A stretch of DNA of 64,000 nt, from the sequence record MT932213.1; one strand, written 5' to 3'. The notes under the pieces were generated by a model. That model was given only the letters and a program-made list of their open reading frames with translations. It was not told the DNA's origin and made no database searches. Within the stretch, counting starts at the first letter, position 1, and each line of letters starts with the position of its first letter. This stretch comes from Escherichia phage VEc74. Below, piece by piece: positions 29,236 through 41,505 of this stretch. The position numbers and the translations under genes are program-made.

Positions 29236-30089
29236 TAGAATGCTCCTTGGAAAATATTATCACCACTACCACTAGTAAGTCTATTAAAATACCCTGCGTC
29301 GCCAGGCTTAATATAACTCCACGTATGGAATGGATGCATCTGATGTGAGTGTGTATAATATGGATGATATGGATTATAAGGATTAAATCCAGGAGTTCTC
29401 CAGGTAGTGTTCCAACGAAAAGAATCATTTTTAATCATCTTTTCAATTACATCTTTTATAGCTTTTTCACTATCAAAACTTTCTTTATTTTCCTTCGGTG
29501 AAAAAAGCTTATTCTCTACATCGTTCCATGTATAAACTCGCTGAGCGATTTTTGGAATACTGTCACGTTCCCCTCGAGCCATCCAATACACAGGAACACG
29601 TAATATTTCACTCGCATGATCGCAGTGGTGAGCGAGATCGTCAATATAACAAATTACGTTATATTTCTCTTTTGCCTTTTTGAACAACTCTTCTTTTGAA
29701 GAATCATGACCACACATCATTACTTCTGAGAAGGCACCAGGAAAAAGAGCATTCAAATTAAATTGGCGATTCAACAGAGCGTCAATAGAATCACCCAATG
29801 CTGTAACAGCTACAAAATTATAATCTTCTTTTAATTTGTTAATTACACACAGAGCATCTTTATATGGAGACAAGTAACGAATAAAATCTGATCGATTGTA
29901 TTTTTCAATTAACTTGACGCCAAGTTCTTCATCACAGTTAAAGAGTTTACCAGGAGAAATAAATTTCTCATCCTGGATCATTTTTAAAATATGTTCTAAC
30001 GGAAGATTATATTTCTGAGCAAAATAAGGAAGGCCTGATTGCCAGCTTAAACATACTCCATCAATATCAGTTAAAATAGTAGGCTTCAT
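29235..30089 (-). CDS. 30.2: HAD-superfamily-like hydrolase 30.2
   Basis: 284 aa; N-terminal LTDIDGV resembles HAD motif I (DxDG). Confidence 0.65.
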   Translation of the reverse strand: MKPTILTDIDGVCLSWQSGLPYFAQKYNLPLEHILKMIQDEKFISPGKLFNCDEELGVKLIEKYNRSDFIRYLSPYKDALCVINKLKEDYNFVAVTALGDSIDALLNRQFNLNALFPGAFSEVMMCGHDSSKEELFKKAKEKYNVICYIDDLAHHCDHASEILRVPVYWMARGERDSIPKIAQRVYTWNDVENKLFSPKENKESFDSEKAIKDVIEKMIKNDSFRWNTTWRTPGFNPYNPYHPYYTHSHQMHPFHTWSYIKPGDAGYFNRLTSGSGDNIFQGAF

Positions 30090-30550
30090 AGAGAGTCTCT
30101 TAATAGGTTTAACACATCAATAAATTCAGCTTCGGTTAGTATTGTATCATCTTTTGTTAGACCACTAGCCATGCTGTGCTTCAAAACTTTTCCTTTCGAG
30201 GCTTGTAATGCATCACGAAAGCCCTTGTTTTGGATCGCTGCTTCAAAATATGCATTTGTGTATAATTCTTTCCACGCTGGGGAGTATCTTGAAAACGGAA
30301 CTCCAAGCCAGAAGAGGGTCCCACGGTCCTGAGCTCTAGCATAAGACCTTCCAGCTTGTTGGGCGGCAAGCCCGGATAACCCAAATATACGACGTTGTTG
30401 TTCAACATTTTTCACCTTACACCCTTGGAGGAATCCTTCGAGACCTCCAAATTGAATACCATCCATAACGAAAGGCCAATGGGCGAAATTACTTAATGCG
30501 CATGATGGCCATCTAAAATTGCTTCTAATCTCTAACTCAGACATTTTCAA
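30086..30550 (-). CDS. 30.3: NADAR (YbiA-like) domain protein 30.3
   Basis: 154 aa; FRWPSCALSNFAHWPFVMDGIQFGGLEGFLQGCKV... resembles NADAR/DUF1768 family. Confidence 0.65.
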   Translation of the reverse strand: MKMSELEIRSNFRWPSCALSNFAHWPFVMDGIQFGGLEGFLQGCKVKNVEQQRRIFGLSGLAAQQAGRSYARAQDRGTLFWLGVPFSRYSPAWKELYTNAYFEAAIQNKGFRDALQASKGKVLKHSMASGLTKDDTILTEAEFIDVLNLLRDSL

Positions 30551-30743
30551 TGCTTATAATTTCAACATCAGCCCAATGACCATAGCAAGGAAGACGAAAT
30601 TCAACTGGCCAGTCACTGCCTTTTTCTAATATAATAGACTTAACTTGTGGTTCTTCGTGTTCATCGGTATACGGATTTTTATCTGTTACTTTATATGTGA
30701 CCTTAATGTACTGAATTCCAAAAATCTTATTAATTATATTCAT
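30537..30743 (-). CDS. Hypothetical protein (30.x)
   Basis: 68-aa ORF in operon-like array. Confidence 0.45.
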   Translation of the reverse strand: MNIINKIFGIQYIKVTYKVTDKNPYTDEHEEPQVKSIILEKGSDWPVEFRLPCYGHWADVEIISIENV

Positions 30744-30937
30744 ACTAATTCCTTTAATCCGTAAATAGGAGATAATTCATCACCCATACGAAGGTCTTCA
30801 TTTCCATCTACCCAGGAAACAATATAAGCCTCTTTTATTTGAATACCACTCCATTTAAATGGAGGTAGAACCTTAGAAATTAATCCAGGTATACCAACTC
30901 CCTTTAATTCAACAGTTTGACCTAAAAAGAATTTCAT
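30740..30937 (-). CDS. Hypothetical protein (30.x)
   Basis: 65-aa ORF, overlapping start/stop with neighbours. Confidence 0.45.
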   Translation of the reverse strand: MKFFLGQTVELKGVGIPGLISKVLPPFKWSGIQIKEAYIVSWVDGNEDLRMGDELSPIYGLKELV

Positions 30938-31224
30938 TAGAACCTCATCTGAAAACCGTGCGATTTAACATTACCGCCGCCAATATCAGAAATGTTAATT
31001 TCACGCGCAATTGAAGGGTCAATGTCAATTTCGCGATTGAGTTTAGTGATAGCTAAAGTATCACGCCCATTTACTGTACGGAATTCTAAAGGACAAACCA
31101 CATCAACGTAGTTTTTAATCGATTCGCTAGTAGGTTGCAAATGTGCAGGAAGGTCTTTAGGTGCCTTTGAGAAAACCACTTCACAGAAATTTTTGCGGGT
31201 ATCAAAATAAGTAGTCATAAACAT
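30937..31224 (-). CDS. Hypothetical protein (30.x)
   Basis: 95-aa ORF. Confidence 0.5.
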   Translation of the reverse strand: MFMTTYFDTRKNFCEVVFSKAPKDLPAHLQPTSESIKNYVDVVCPLEFRTVNGRDTLAITKLNREIDIDPSIAREINISDIGGGNVKSHGFQMRF

Positions 31225-31241
31225 AATATTTTCCTCAGTAA

Positions 31242-31255
31242 GGGGCCGAAGCCCC
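31242..31255 (-). terminator. GGGGC-UUCG-GCCCC hairpin between 30.x ORFs
   Basis: Perfect stem, UUCG loop on minus strand. Confidence 0.45.
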
Positions 31256-31265
31256 TCATTTATTT

Positions 31266-31643
31266 TTAAATATCAAATTCGTTAAGAACTACATCAAAGA
31301 TTGCTTCAAGATGCTCAGGTTTAGCTCTGTTACTCAGAATATGACGAATCCAAGTTTTAACTAAGAGTTTACGATTAACACCATTCCAGCAAGGATGAGT
31401 CCCTAAATCACGTTGACGGAAATCATCATCCAGAGCGATTTTAAAGTTGGAACCTTCCATCGTGATTGAAACCGTGATACCGTTTTCAAATCGCATATAA
31501 ACGTAGTTAGGAATCATATACTGTTCAATTTCGCATACTGATCCGTTTTGATGTTTCCAGAGGCAAATAGTATCAATAGAACCTGCAATACCATTAGAAA
31601 CATATTTACGTTCAAAGTTGATGTAGTTCATTTTATTCTCCAA
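31266..31643 (-). CDS. Hypothetical protein (30.x)
   Basis: 125-aa ORF, hairpin downstream. Confidence 0.5.
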   Translation of the reverse strand: MENKMNYINFERKYVSNGIAGSIDTICLWKHQNGSVCEIEQYMIPNYVYMRFENGITVSITMEGSNFKIALDDDFRQRDLGTHPCWNGVNRKLLVKTWIRHILSNRAKPEHLEAIFDVVLNEFDI

Positions 31644-31698
31644 GATGTTTAATTACGGTACAGGTATATAATATCATATCCTGTACCAAAGTAAACAA

Positions 31699-32031
31699 TT
31701 ATTTTACTACTTTCCAATGCTGCATGTCAAGTTTACCAACTTTTTTCATCTTCTCAATTAAGCGTTCGGCACGTTGGCGAGCTGTAACATAATACCATTC
31801 ACCTAATTCATTTTGTTCAATTTTTCCAACGATTACTGTATTCAATTCATAAATCCAACCAGTAAAGAAATTATGAACTTGAATTGTAAAGGTGAAATCT
31901 GTTCCCATACCTTCTGTTGTTTCTACTTCAATAATATCACCTTCAACCGCCATTAAGAACCACATAGTTTCATCATATTTACCATTGAAGCATTTAGTTT
32001 TAACTGTAGCGTTCAGATTAATCGTTTTCAT
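31699..32031 (-). CDS. Hypothetical protein (30.x)
   Basis: 110-aa ORF. Confidence 0.5.
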   Translation of the reverse strand: MKTINLNATVKTKCFNGKYDETMWFLMAVEGDIIEVETTEGMGTDFTFTIQVHNFFTGWIYELNTVIVGKIEQNELGEWYYVTARQRAERLIEKMKKVGKLDMQHWKVVK

Positions 32032-32118
32032 TTTATTCTCCTTTGTTTGTGTAAGATAATACTATCACAAAGGAACCGTACTGTAAACAACTTTGTGCAA
32101 TCTTTGGAAAATAAAAAA

Positions 32119-32136
32119 GGACTCCCGAAGGAGTCC
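32119..32136 (-). terminator. Hairpin GGACUCC-UUCG-GGAGUCC plus U-tract
   Basis: Perfect 7-bp stem followed by T-run on minus strand. Confidence 0.6.
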
Positions 32137-32141
32137 TCAAC

Positions 32142-32318
32142 TTATGCTTTCTGCTTACCAAAACGAGAAGCATCATCTCGAAGAACCGCACGTGCTCGGC
32201 GCATGATCTTCTCAACAGTTTGATTGATACGAGAGTTCGACCCACGCTTGTAACCAGCGCGTTTAGAATCACCAACTTTCTTTTCAACTGCTTTCTTTGC
32301 TTTAGCTTGTTTTGCCAT
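32142..32318 (-). CDS. Small basic protein (30.9-like)
   Basis: Lys/Arg-rich MAKQAKAKKAVEKKVGDSKRAGYKRG...; likely start at internal Met of the 72-aa track ORF; hairpin plus T-run downstream. Confidence 0.45.
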   Translation of the reverse strand: MAKQAKAKKAVEKKVGDSKRAGYKRGSNSRINQTVEKIMRRARAVLRDDASRFGKQKA

Positions 32319-32606
32319 TATAAATTCTCTTTTAAATGAAAATGCAGGACTTATTGGCATTGCCTGCGCAAGCCCTCAAGGGGGTACTTAGGTTTTGAAT
32401 ATTTACCGACAGGATAACCATAAACCTCGTCATCATACCACCAAGACTTACACAGATAACACTTTTCTGACGCATGATAGTAACATTCAAGAGGTACACC
32501 GTAAAACTGCCGGGGTCTTAAAACTATAATGATTCGCAAATCATTAATCAGACAGTTCGACGGCTCCTCGATTTAGCTCACACTAAGGCAGTGAATCTCC
32601 AATAAA

Positions 32607-32855
32607 TTACTTCAATGTTACCACAAAGTGACGAACTGCTTTTCGTGCAGCAGAAGCCAGAGGCTTAGCATACTTAAGTTCATCTTTTTCCTGAAGCTCA
32701 GCAGCTAATGCAGTTTGAGCAGGATTCAGATGTTTGAAATAACGCAGGATTTCAAGAGCTTCGGCTTCAACATCAATAGATGCGCCATAGTTTTCGTGAC
32801 CATTATTCCATGCGTTTCGTTGCAGTTCAAGAGCGTGTTGTAATTGTTTAATCAT
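32607..32855 (-). CDS. rIII: rIII lysis inhibition accessory protein
   Basis: 82 aa, T4 rIII size, position between 30.x and gene 31. Confidence 0.8.
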   Translation of the reverse strand: MIKQLQHALELQRNAWNNGHENYGASIDVEAEALEILRYFKHLNPAQTALAAELQEKDELKYAKPLASAARKAVRHFVVTLK

Positions 32856-33002
32856 TTAAAAATTCTCGTTAGAGATTAAAACTCGGTAGTCACGTTCTTC
32901 TGAATTTCATCTTCTTTCGACAGATCTCTCAGTTGTAGACTACCACATAGAATTGTTCGGTTAACTTATTATTCCGACACCCAATTCATATTATTATTTA
33001 TA

Positions 33003-33338
33003 TCACTTATAAAGACACGGAATAGCTTTATAGTGACAAGTAACGAATTTTTGTTTAATTTCTTTTGGCTGCTTAAGACCCAGAGCTACAAAAGGATGCG
33101 GAACATTTCGAATTTGACCAACTGGAAGAGAAGTCAAATCACCAACTTCGCAGAAACCTTCAGGAACATCAGGACCGACAGAGTGAACTACACACAGTTC
33201 AGGAACTTCACCTTGAACACGTTTACCGATAATAAGTCCTGATTCTGTGACTTCTTCATCGCCAGCTTGTGCAGGTTCAGAAACTAAAATAACATATTCA
33301 CCGACAGCACGAATTGGTAGCTGTTGTACTTCAGACAT
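33003..33338 (-). CDS. 31: Co-chaperonin gp31 (GroES analogue)
   Basis: 111 aa, [62 protein letters not shown] matches T4 gp31. Confidence 0.95.
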
Positions 33339-33394
33339 CGTTTTTCCTTTTTGTTAACAGATGAATTAATAATAACAAATAATTCTTAAAGCAT

Positions 33395-33703
33395 TTATTT
33401 ACCAATAAATTGGAGCAAATGCTCAACTTTCATACCATTAACGGAAATCAATTTGTCAATAGAAAAACCTCGCCATGCACCAAGTTCAACATCAAATACT
33501 GGAATCATGTCAGTAGATTCTTTCCTAGTAGATTCAGTCAATTTACCAGTTTGCATGGTTGGCATAAAGTCTGCATCACGAGTACCTTTCATAGTACGAA
33601 TAGTACCATCAGACTTTTCAAAAACTACGTTTGAAACACCCATGGACAATTTAGTTTTCAAAATTTCACGAATTGCTACTTTCTGCTCAGTTGTCAGTTT
33701 CAT
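33395..33703 (-). CDS. 31.1: Hypothetical protein 31.1
   Basis: 102-aa ORF, T4-syntenic. Confidence 0.6.
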   Translation of the reverse strand: MKLTTEQKVAIREILKTKLSMGVSNVVFEKSDGTIRTMKGTRDADFMPTMQTGKLTESTRKESTDMIPVFDVELGAWRGFSIDKLISVNGMKVEHLLQFIGK

Positions 33704-33940
33704 TTATTTACCTATCACAGTTTTAATATGAGTTGTTCCACGTTCTTTAAGGGTGGAAAGTAATTTTTGGCATTTTTCTAAATCAGATTTCCAACTATAT
33801 GGTCTATCAATACTAGTCCAATCAGTTTTATAATACTGTTTCCATTTAGAGAAAAAATATTTCTTATACTCTACAGCAAATGAGATGTTCTCGTTAGAAT
33901 AAGAACTAATTGCTGTGAGCTTTACCAAACGAAATTTCAT
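33704..33940 (-). CDS. 31.2: Hypothetical protein 31.2
   Basis: 78-aa ORF. Confidence 0.55.
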   Translation of the reverse strand: MKFRLVKLTAISSYSNENISFAVEYKKYFFSKWKQYYKTDWTSIDRPYSWKSDLEKCQKLLSTLKERGTTHIKTVIGK

Positions 33941-34521
33941 TATTCACCACAGAATTCGTTGATATTTTCCCAGTTTAACTTATTCAAGTTTTTCTTAGGA
34001 ACATTAAACACTTCAATACCTGCATTTCGCAGAATATCATCCCAACCGGGTTTATTTTTATCGTATGTTTCACAATAAACCAGCTTTTTAATACCAGATT
34101 GAGCTATCGCTTTTGCGCAATCTGGACAGGGAGAAAGTGTTACATACATAGTAGCACCTTCAATAGAAGAACCATTTCGTGCAGCAAACAAAATTGCATT
34201 TAGTTCAGCATGAATTTCATTTTTAGATGACCATTCCGAGTGAGCACTACGATGTTCTTTCGCCAAAACAAAACGATCAGTTGAACCAAATGATACGCAT
34301 TCAGGCTTATGACCTTTAATGATAGTATGTTTAGGCTTATTCAACAACCAACCTTGCTCAGCAGCATAATCACAACAGTTCACTCCCCCTGCGGGTGAAC
34401 CATTATACCCAGTAGAAATAATACGTCCATTCTTTTCAATTACTGCTCCTACCTTCCAGGAGCAACATTTTGATTCCTGCGATACTAAATATGCAATTTG
34501 AAGTACTGTACTCGCTTTCAT
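33940..34521 (-). CDS. cd: dCMP deaminase
   Basis: 193 aa; zinc-binding deaminase motifs HAELNAI and SPCPDCAKAI. Confidence 0.93.
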   Translation of the reverse strand: MKASTVLQIAYLVSQESKCCSWKVGAVIEKNGRIISTGYNGSPAGGVNCCDYAAEQGWLLNKPKHTIIKGHKPECVSFGSTDRFVLAKEHRSAHSEWSSKNEIHAELNAILFAARNGSSIEGATMYVTLSPCPDCAKAIAQSGIKKLVYCETYDKNKPGWDDILRNAGIEVFNVPKKNLNKLNWENINEFCGE

Positions 34522-34856
34522 TTCATAATCACCAGATAAGCAGATTTAGTAGTTTCAACACGATAAATTTCGTGACGAAGTTTAGTTATACTTTTAATAA
34601 CAGAACTAATTATATTCTGCCCATCTTTAAAGCGGTTTTTCTTATCAATAAAAACTGCGCCAGTCATCTTTTTGTGAAGCTCAACTGGATACTTCGTCAC
34701 AATAATAGCATCATACACAGAAGGATGAATACTATTCACCAGAGTATCATTCATTAAAGTTATTCTAATGAACTGTGCTGTTTCAGAATCAAGCGCTCTA
34801 TGATCGCCAGTATCATTTTCAAGACAATTATCAATTATATCAGTTAAATTCATCAT
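34518..34856 (-). CDS. Hypothetical protein cd.1
   Basis: 112-aa ORF. Confidence 0.55.
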   Translation of the reverse strand: MMNLTDIIDNCLENDTGDHRALDSETAQFIRITLMNDTLVNSIHPSVYDAIIVTKYPVELHKKMTGAVFIDKKNRFKDGQNIISSVIKSITKLRHEIYRVETTKSAYLVIMK

Positions 34857-35089
34857 AGTACGCCATACACCCTTTGTGCTTCAACTAATCCATCAAAATC
34901 CAGTTTAAGATGCGATATTTGATCGCCATCGCCTGGATTCACAATTACTAATACTGAACGAGGAGTTTCGGTAATAACACGAACCGATGTTTCAGGAAAT
35001 CGTTCAGAAACCTTATTTACTAATTCCTGTGCAAATAGTTTAACTTTTTCTTGGAATTCTTTAACAGTAATTGGTTTTTCACTTAGCAT
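34853..35089 (-). CDS. Hypothetical protein cd.2
   Basis: 78-aa ORF. Confidence 0.5.
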   Translation of the reverse strand: MLSEKPITVKEFQEKVKLFAQELVNKVSERFPETSVRVITETPRSVLVIVNPGDGDQISHLKLDFDGLVEAQRVYGVL

Positions 35090-35610
35090 GTTGATCCCAG
35101 CTCCTTACTTTCAACATTTTTAACTAATTTGACAGAAACTAATTCAGCATCTTGAGTAATCATTACCGGACCTTCTTCATACTCTTCAAGATATTCTAGA
35201 GCTTTCTTTTTAGCTTCTTCCTTCGTATCAGTTTGAGCATAGATATAAAACATACAACCAGTAATACCTACTACTTTCCACTTAATTTCTTTATCAGTTT
35301 TAATTTCAAATTTACTGGCAGAATCATCTTTTTGAACTTCTTCGAAAAAAGAATATTCTAACATATAAGCAATTGAAAATAACGGGCTAACTTTATAGGA
35401 TTCGCCCATTACATCAACAGCTTTATACCAACAGTCATCAATTTCGCGTTTAATGCTAATAACATTTTTCGCAGGATCTATTTTTACTTTAAATGAATTT
35501 TCTCCAATAAACTGAGCAATTCGTTTATTAGCCCCGCAAGTTTCATTAAAAATATCTTTATATCCAGCTTTAAAGCGATAAACCTTATCTTCTTCAAACC
35601 ATTCGCTCAT
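35083..35610 (-). CDS. Hypothetical protein cd.3
   Basis: 175-aa ORF. Confidence 0.55.
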   Translation of the reverse strand: MSEWFEEDKVYRFKAGYKDIFNETCGANKRIAQFIGENSFKVKIDPAKNVISIKREIDDCWYKAVDVMGESYKVSPLFSIAYMLEYSFFEEVQKDDSASKFEIKTDKEIKWKVVGITGCMFYIYAQTDTKEEAKKKALEYLEEYEEGPVMITQDAELVSVKLVKNVESKELGSTC

Positions 35611-35672
35611 TTCAATTTCCTCATTTGTTTTGGTAGAGCTATAATATCACAACTCTACCGTAAAGTAAACCA

Positions 35673-35948
35673 TTAAATCGCTTTGAATTCCGCAGTTTGA
35701 GATTCAAAACGAATGTCGCCTTTGATAACTAGCTCAGCATCAAGACCGAATACAACAATGATATGCGCGGAACCTGGATACAACGTGATGGCAACAGAAT
35801 CCACCTGGTCTGGAAGCAAAGTGTTCAATACATGAGTCACTTGAGCGTGGATTCGAAGCTCAGCTGCGTTATCAAGTTTTTCAAACATATTATTAGCGAT
35901 AATTTGGCTAAACACTACTTCTACGATTTTAGAGTAAGTCGGAAACAT
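35673..35948 (-). CDS. Hypothetical protein cd.4
   Basis: 91-aa ORF. Confidence 0.5.
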   Translation of the reverse strand: MFPTYSKIVEVVFSQIIANNMFEKLDNAAELRIHAQVTHVLNTLLPDQVDSVAITLYPGSAHIIVVFGLDAELVIKGDIRFESQTAEFKAI

Positions 35949-36012
35949 ATTTACCTCACATAATTTTCTTCAAGCCAATTAATAATATCCCAAGTTTCAT
36001 GGTGCAAAGCCA

Positions 36013-37234
<1,222 letters not shown>

Positions 37235-37238
<4 letters not shown>

Positions 37239-37465
37239 TTATTTTTCTCAACCAATGATTGAATATAATCATGCAGGTCTTTAGATGCTTTGCCCCACTT
37301 ATTTTGGTATTCATTTTTAAGATTAGCACGTGATTGAGCTAATAAAACATCATTAGTTGGAGGTAAAGATTCCAACCGCTGAATTTGGCGTCCATAAATC
37401 ATTGCAGCCATCTCGGATTCATAAATCAATCCTTTGAGATGTTCAAATTGATGCCATGAAATCAT
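37235..37465 (-). CDS. Hypothetical protein
   Basis: 76-aa ORF. Confidence 0.45.
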
Positions 37466-37761
37466 TTACATTTATCCTCTTTTAACTCTTGACGATAATA
37501 ACATATCATAGTTTTCTGGTCATGTACATATCGTTTTACATCATTAAGCCAAATACGAAATTCCTGAGAATCTTCAAATGGCATACCGACCCAAGCTTTA
37601 CCATCAATAACTTTAACTTGCCAAGATAATTTAGCTTCGTCATATGACTTTATTTGTACAGGCCAATTAGGATGAACTGTTTCTTTCTTTACTTCTAGAG
37701 GCTTTGTCGAACAACCAACTAGAAGACCAATAGATAATATTACTGCTGATAGTTTAATCAT
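37462..37761 (-). CDS. pseT.2: Outer-membrane lipoprotein, o-spanin
   Basis: 99 aa; signal peptide with lipobox LLVGC; T4 o-spanin position. Confidence 0.7.
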   Translation of the reverse strand: MIKLSAVILSIGLLVGCSTKPLEVKKETVHPNWPVQIKSYDEAKLSWQVKVIDGKAWVGMPFEDSQEFRIWLNDVKRYVHDQKTMICYYRQELKEDKCK

Positions 37762-38111
37762 TTAGAAAGGTCCTGGATGTCTTCTGCGAACTTGTTGAAG
37801 GAGTTGTTGATTTGTTTTTCAACCAATCCTGGCTTATGAGCCACCACATCCGCCTTCTTTGCATCTTTGCGCAGTTTTTCATTTTCACGCTCAATAGCAG
37901 CAATTGCCTCACGATTTTTATTATTCATCGCATCAATATAATTATACTGAATTTGCAAATTATTTAACGCTAAGGCGTTTTCATTGGCCGTTTTTGTAAT
38001 TTCAGTAACTGATGTTTCTAATCTTTCTACCTTATTTTTTAAAATAATAGATGTTCCGCCAAATGCTATTACAAGTAATAGCAATCCAGCTGTAAAATTA
38101 CTTACATGCAT
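37758..38111 (-). CDS. pseT.3: Inner-membrane i-spanin
   Basis: 117 aa; N-terminal transmembrane helix (FTAGLLLLVIAFGGTSIIL) then coiled-coil periplasmic domain. Confidence 0.7.
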   Translation of the reverse strand: MHVSNFTAGLLLLVIAFGGTSIILKNKVERLETSVTEITKTANENALALNNLQIQYNYIDAMNNKNREAIAAIERENEKLRKDAKKADVVAHKPGLVEKQINNSFNKFAEDIQDLSK

Positions 38112-38608
38112 AAAGTTTTAATAACCTCTATAATATCGTCTTGGGAAAGACCGTTAATTAAAATATGATGCTCAGCTGGAGATTTAGAAATTTTAAAGCA
38201 TGCCTCAACATCTTCTGCCATATCCGATGCACTACGATTTGGATTACTAATTCCAAGACGATGCTTTCCAGTCAAAGGATTAACAATAATGTAGCATTTA
38301 CAGCTATTGATATGAACATTAGGTTGAGTCTGATTAATGAACACTTCACAATCATACTTAGCGAGTTGATTTTCTAAAAAGACTTTCATCTCTTCAACCG
38401 CATCAGGAAGCATATCACGGGCTTGCTCAAGACGACGATTTCGATATTCTTTAATGGTCGTTTTCCGCTTGACTTGCTTAGCTAAATCTTTCTTAAGATC
38501 GGTGATATATCCAACTCGACGATTTCCTTTAAATACAGAAATCCCATCTGTAGTATCACCGTATGCTTCAACGACCATTTCAGTAGTAATGAGCTGCAAA
38601 TCCATCAT
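38102..38608 (-). CDS. alc: Alc, inhibitor of host transcription on cytosine DNA
   Basis: 168-aa ORF in T4 alc position between spanins and rnlA; early promoter upstream. Confidence 0.65.
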   Translation of the reverse strand: MMDLQLITTEMVVEAYGDTTDGISVFKGNRRVGYITDLKKDLAKQVKRKTTIKEYRNRRLEQARDMLPDAVEEMKVFLENQLAKYDCEVFINQTQPNVHINSCKCYIIVNPLTGKHRLGISNPNRSASDMAEDVEACFKISKSPAEHHILINGLSQDDIIEVIKTLCM

Positions 38609-38636
38609 AAAGTCCTCATGTTATGTCAGTAAGACT

Positions 38637-38666
38637 ACTGTAACACAACACGAGGGACTTGTAAAC
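38637..38666 (-). promoter_or_regulatory. T4 early promoter (GTTTACA -35, N17, TACAGT -10) for alc; second copy of the repeated promoter/leader cassette
   Basis: Minus strand GTTTACA-17 nt-TACAGT; ~50 bp nearly identical to 23063..23120. Confidence 0.6.
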
Positions 38667-38669
38667 AGC

Positions 38670-40257
<1,588 letters not shown>

Positions 40258-40264
40258 AATAAAA

Positions 40265-40280
40265 TGGGCCTTGCGGCCCA
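40265..40280 (-). terminator. Hairpin UGGGCC-GCAA-GGCCCA between nrdB and denA
   Basis: Perfect 6-bp stem in the 27-bp intergenic gap. Confidence 0.45.
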
Positions 40281-40284
40281 CTCC

Positions 40285-41454
40285 TTAAAAGTATTTTTTA
40301 AAACTCATCATAACTTTATCATCAACATCATTATCAATCTGCGCTACAAGATAAGATGACAGTTCTACTTCTTGCGGTGCAGATTGAACATTATCAGAAT
40401 TAAGATATTCACGAATCCAAGGATATGGATGTTTAACCGGAGCATCGGTAATTGGGCATGGAAGACCACACTGTTTCATACGAGATACAGTTAAGTAATC
40501 AATAAAGCTCCACATGCTATTTGTATTTAATCCAGGAACATCGCCATCTTTAAATAAATGAACTGCCCAATCTTTTTCTTGGCGGTTAACTTCCATGAAA
40601 ATATCAACTGCTTCTTGTTCACACTCTTGAGCAATTTTAACCCATTCATCGCCATCAGTACCGGATTGAAGCTGACGAATAATATATTGGGTGCCTTTAA
40701 GGTGAAGCTGCTCATCACGTGCAATGAACTTCATAATCTTGGCATTACCTTCCATGATTTCCATGTTCTTATGGAAGTTAAAGGTACATGCAAAAGATAC
40801 ATAAAAACGAATAGCTTCTAAGGCATTAATAACGTGCAAACAGAGGTAAAGAGATTTCATTAAAGCACGTTTAGTACATGCAACAACTTTGCCTAACTCT
40901 TCTTTACGAAATCCTTCTGATAAAATTCCTTCATATTCTTCTTTAGCATTTTCCCAATAACGAGTTTTAACCAGAACATCATCATAATATCGTCCGATAG
41001 ATTCAGCGCGCTTCATAATTGCGTCATCTAATACAATCTCATCAAATACCTTCGATGGATCTGTATAAAGATTTCGCATAATATGAGTATATGAACGAGA
41101 GTGAATAGTTTCACTGAAAGTCCATGTAGCAACCCATGTATCTAATGAAGGGTCTGAAAGCAATGACATAAGTACAGCAGACGGCGCACGACCCTGAATG
41201 CTATCCAAAAGTGATTGATACTTCAGATTATTAGTAAAAATATTTTGCTGATACTGAGGAAGTTTATTAAATTGTGCAGCATCCATCATTAAGTTTACTT
41301 CTTCAGGCCGCCAGAAAAATGACAATTGCTTTTCGGTCAAATCTTCAAAAACTTTATGGCGTTGAATATCATAACGCGCAATACCAAGACCTGAACCAAA
41401 AAACATAGGTTCTTTTAAAACATCAACTGGATTTGTATTAAAAACTGTGCTCAT
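40285..41454 (-). CDS. nrdB: Ribonucleotide reductase small subunit NrdB (uninterrupted, no intron)
   Basis: Continuous 389-aa ORF matching T4 NrdB from MSTVFNTNPVD to ...MMSFKKYF. Confidence 0.95.
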   Translation of the reverse strand: MSTVFNTNPVDVLKEPMFFGSGLGIARYDIQRHKVFEDLTEKQLSFFWRPEEVNLMMDAAQFNKLPQYQQNIFTNNLKYQSLLDSIQGRAPSAVLMSLLSDPSLDTWVATWTFSETIHSRSYTHIMRNLYTDPSKVFDEIVLDDAIMKRAESIGRYYDDVLVKTRYWENAKEEYEGILSEGFRKEELGKVVACTKRALMKSLYLCLHVINALEAIRFYVSFACTFNFHKNMEIMEGNAKIMKFIARDEQLHLKGTQYIIRQLQSGTDGDEWVKIAQECEQEAVDIFMEVNRQEKDWAVHLFKDGDVPGLNTNSMWSFIDYLTVSRMKQCGLPCPITDAPVKHPYPWIREYLNSDNVQSAPQEVELSSYLVAQIDNDVDDKVMMSFKKYF

Positions 41455-41505
41455 AAATTTTCCACTTAGTTAATAGATAGTGACTCGTCCATGAGTCAAA
41501 TTATA

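Noticed and set aside
32033-32287. 84-aa ORF overlapping the small basic protein ORF on the same strand
   Set aside because: Alternative frame of the same region; the basic-protein frame has the better start context and terminator.
32351-32539. 62-aa Cys/Tyr-rich minus-strand ORF upstream of the basic protein
   Set aside because: No clear SD; could be a real small gene but I could not support it, so it is not listed as a feature.
40258-40281. N-terminal extension of denA in the ORF track (MGRKAHFI...)
   Set aside because: Extension covers the intergenic hairpin; the ATG at 40257 gives the expected 136-aa Endonuclease II.
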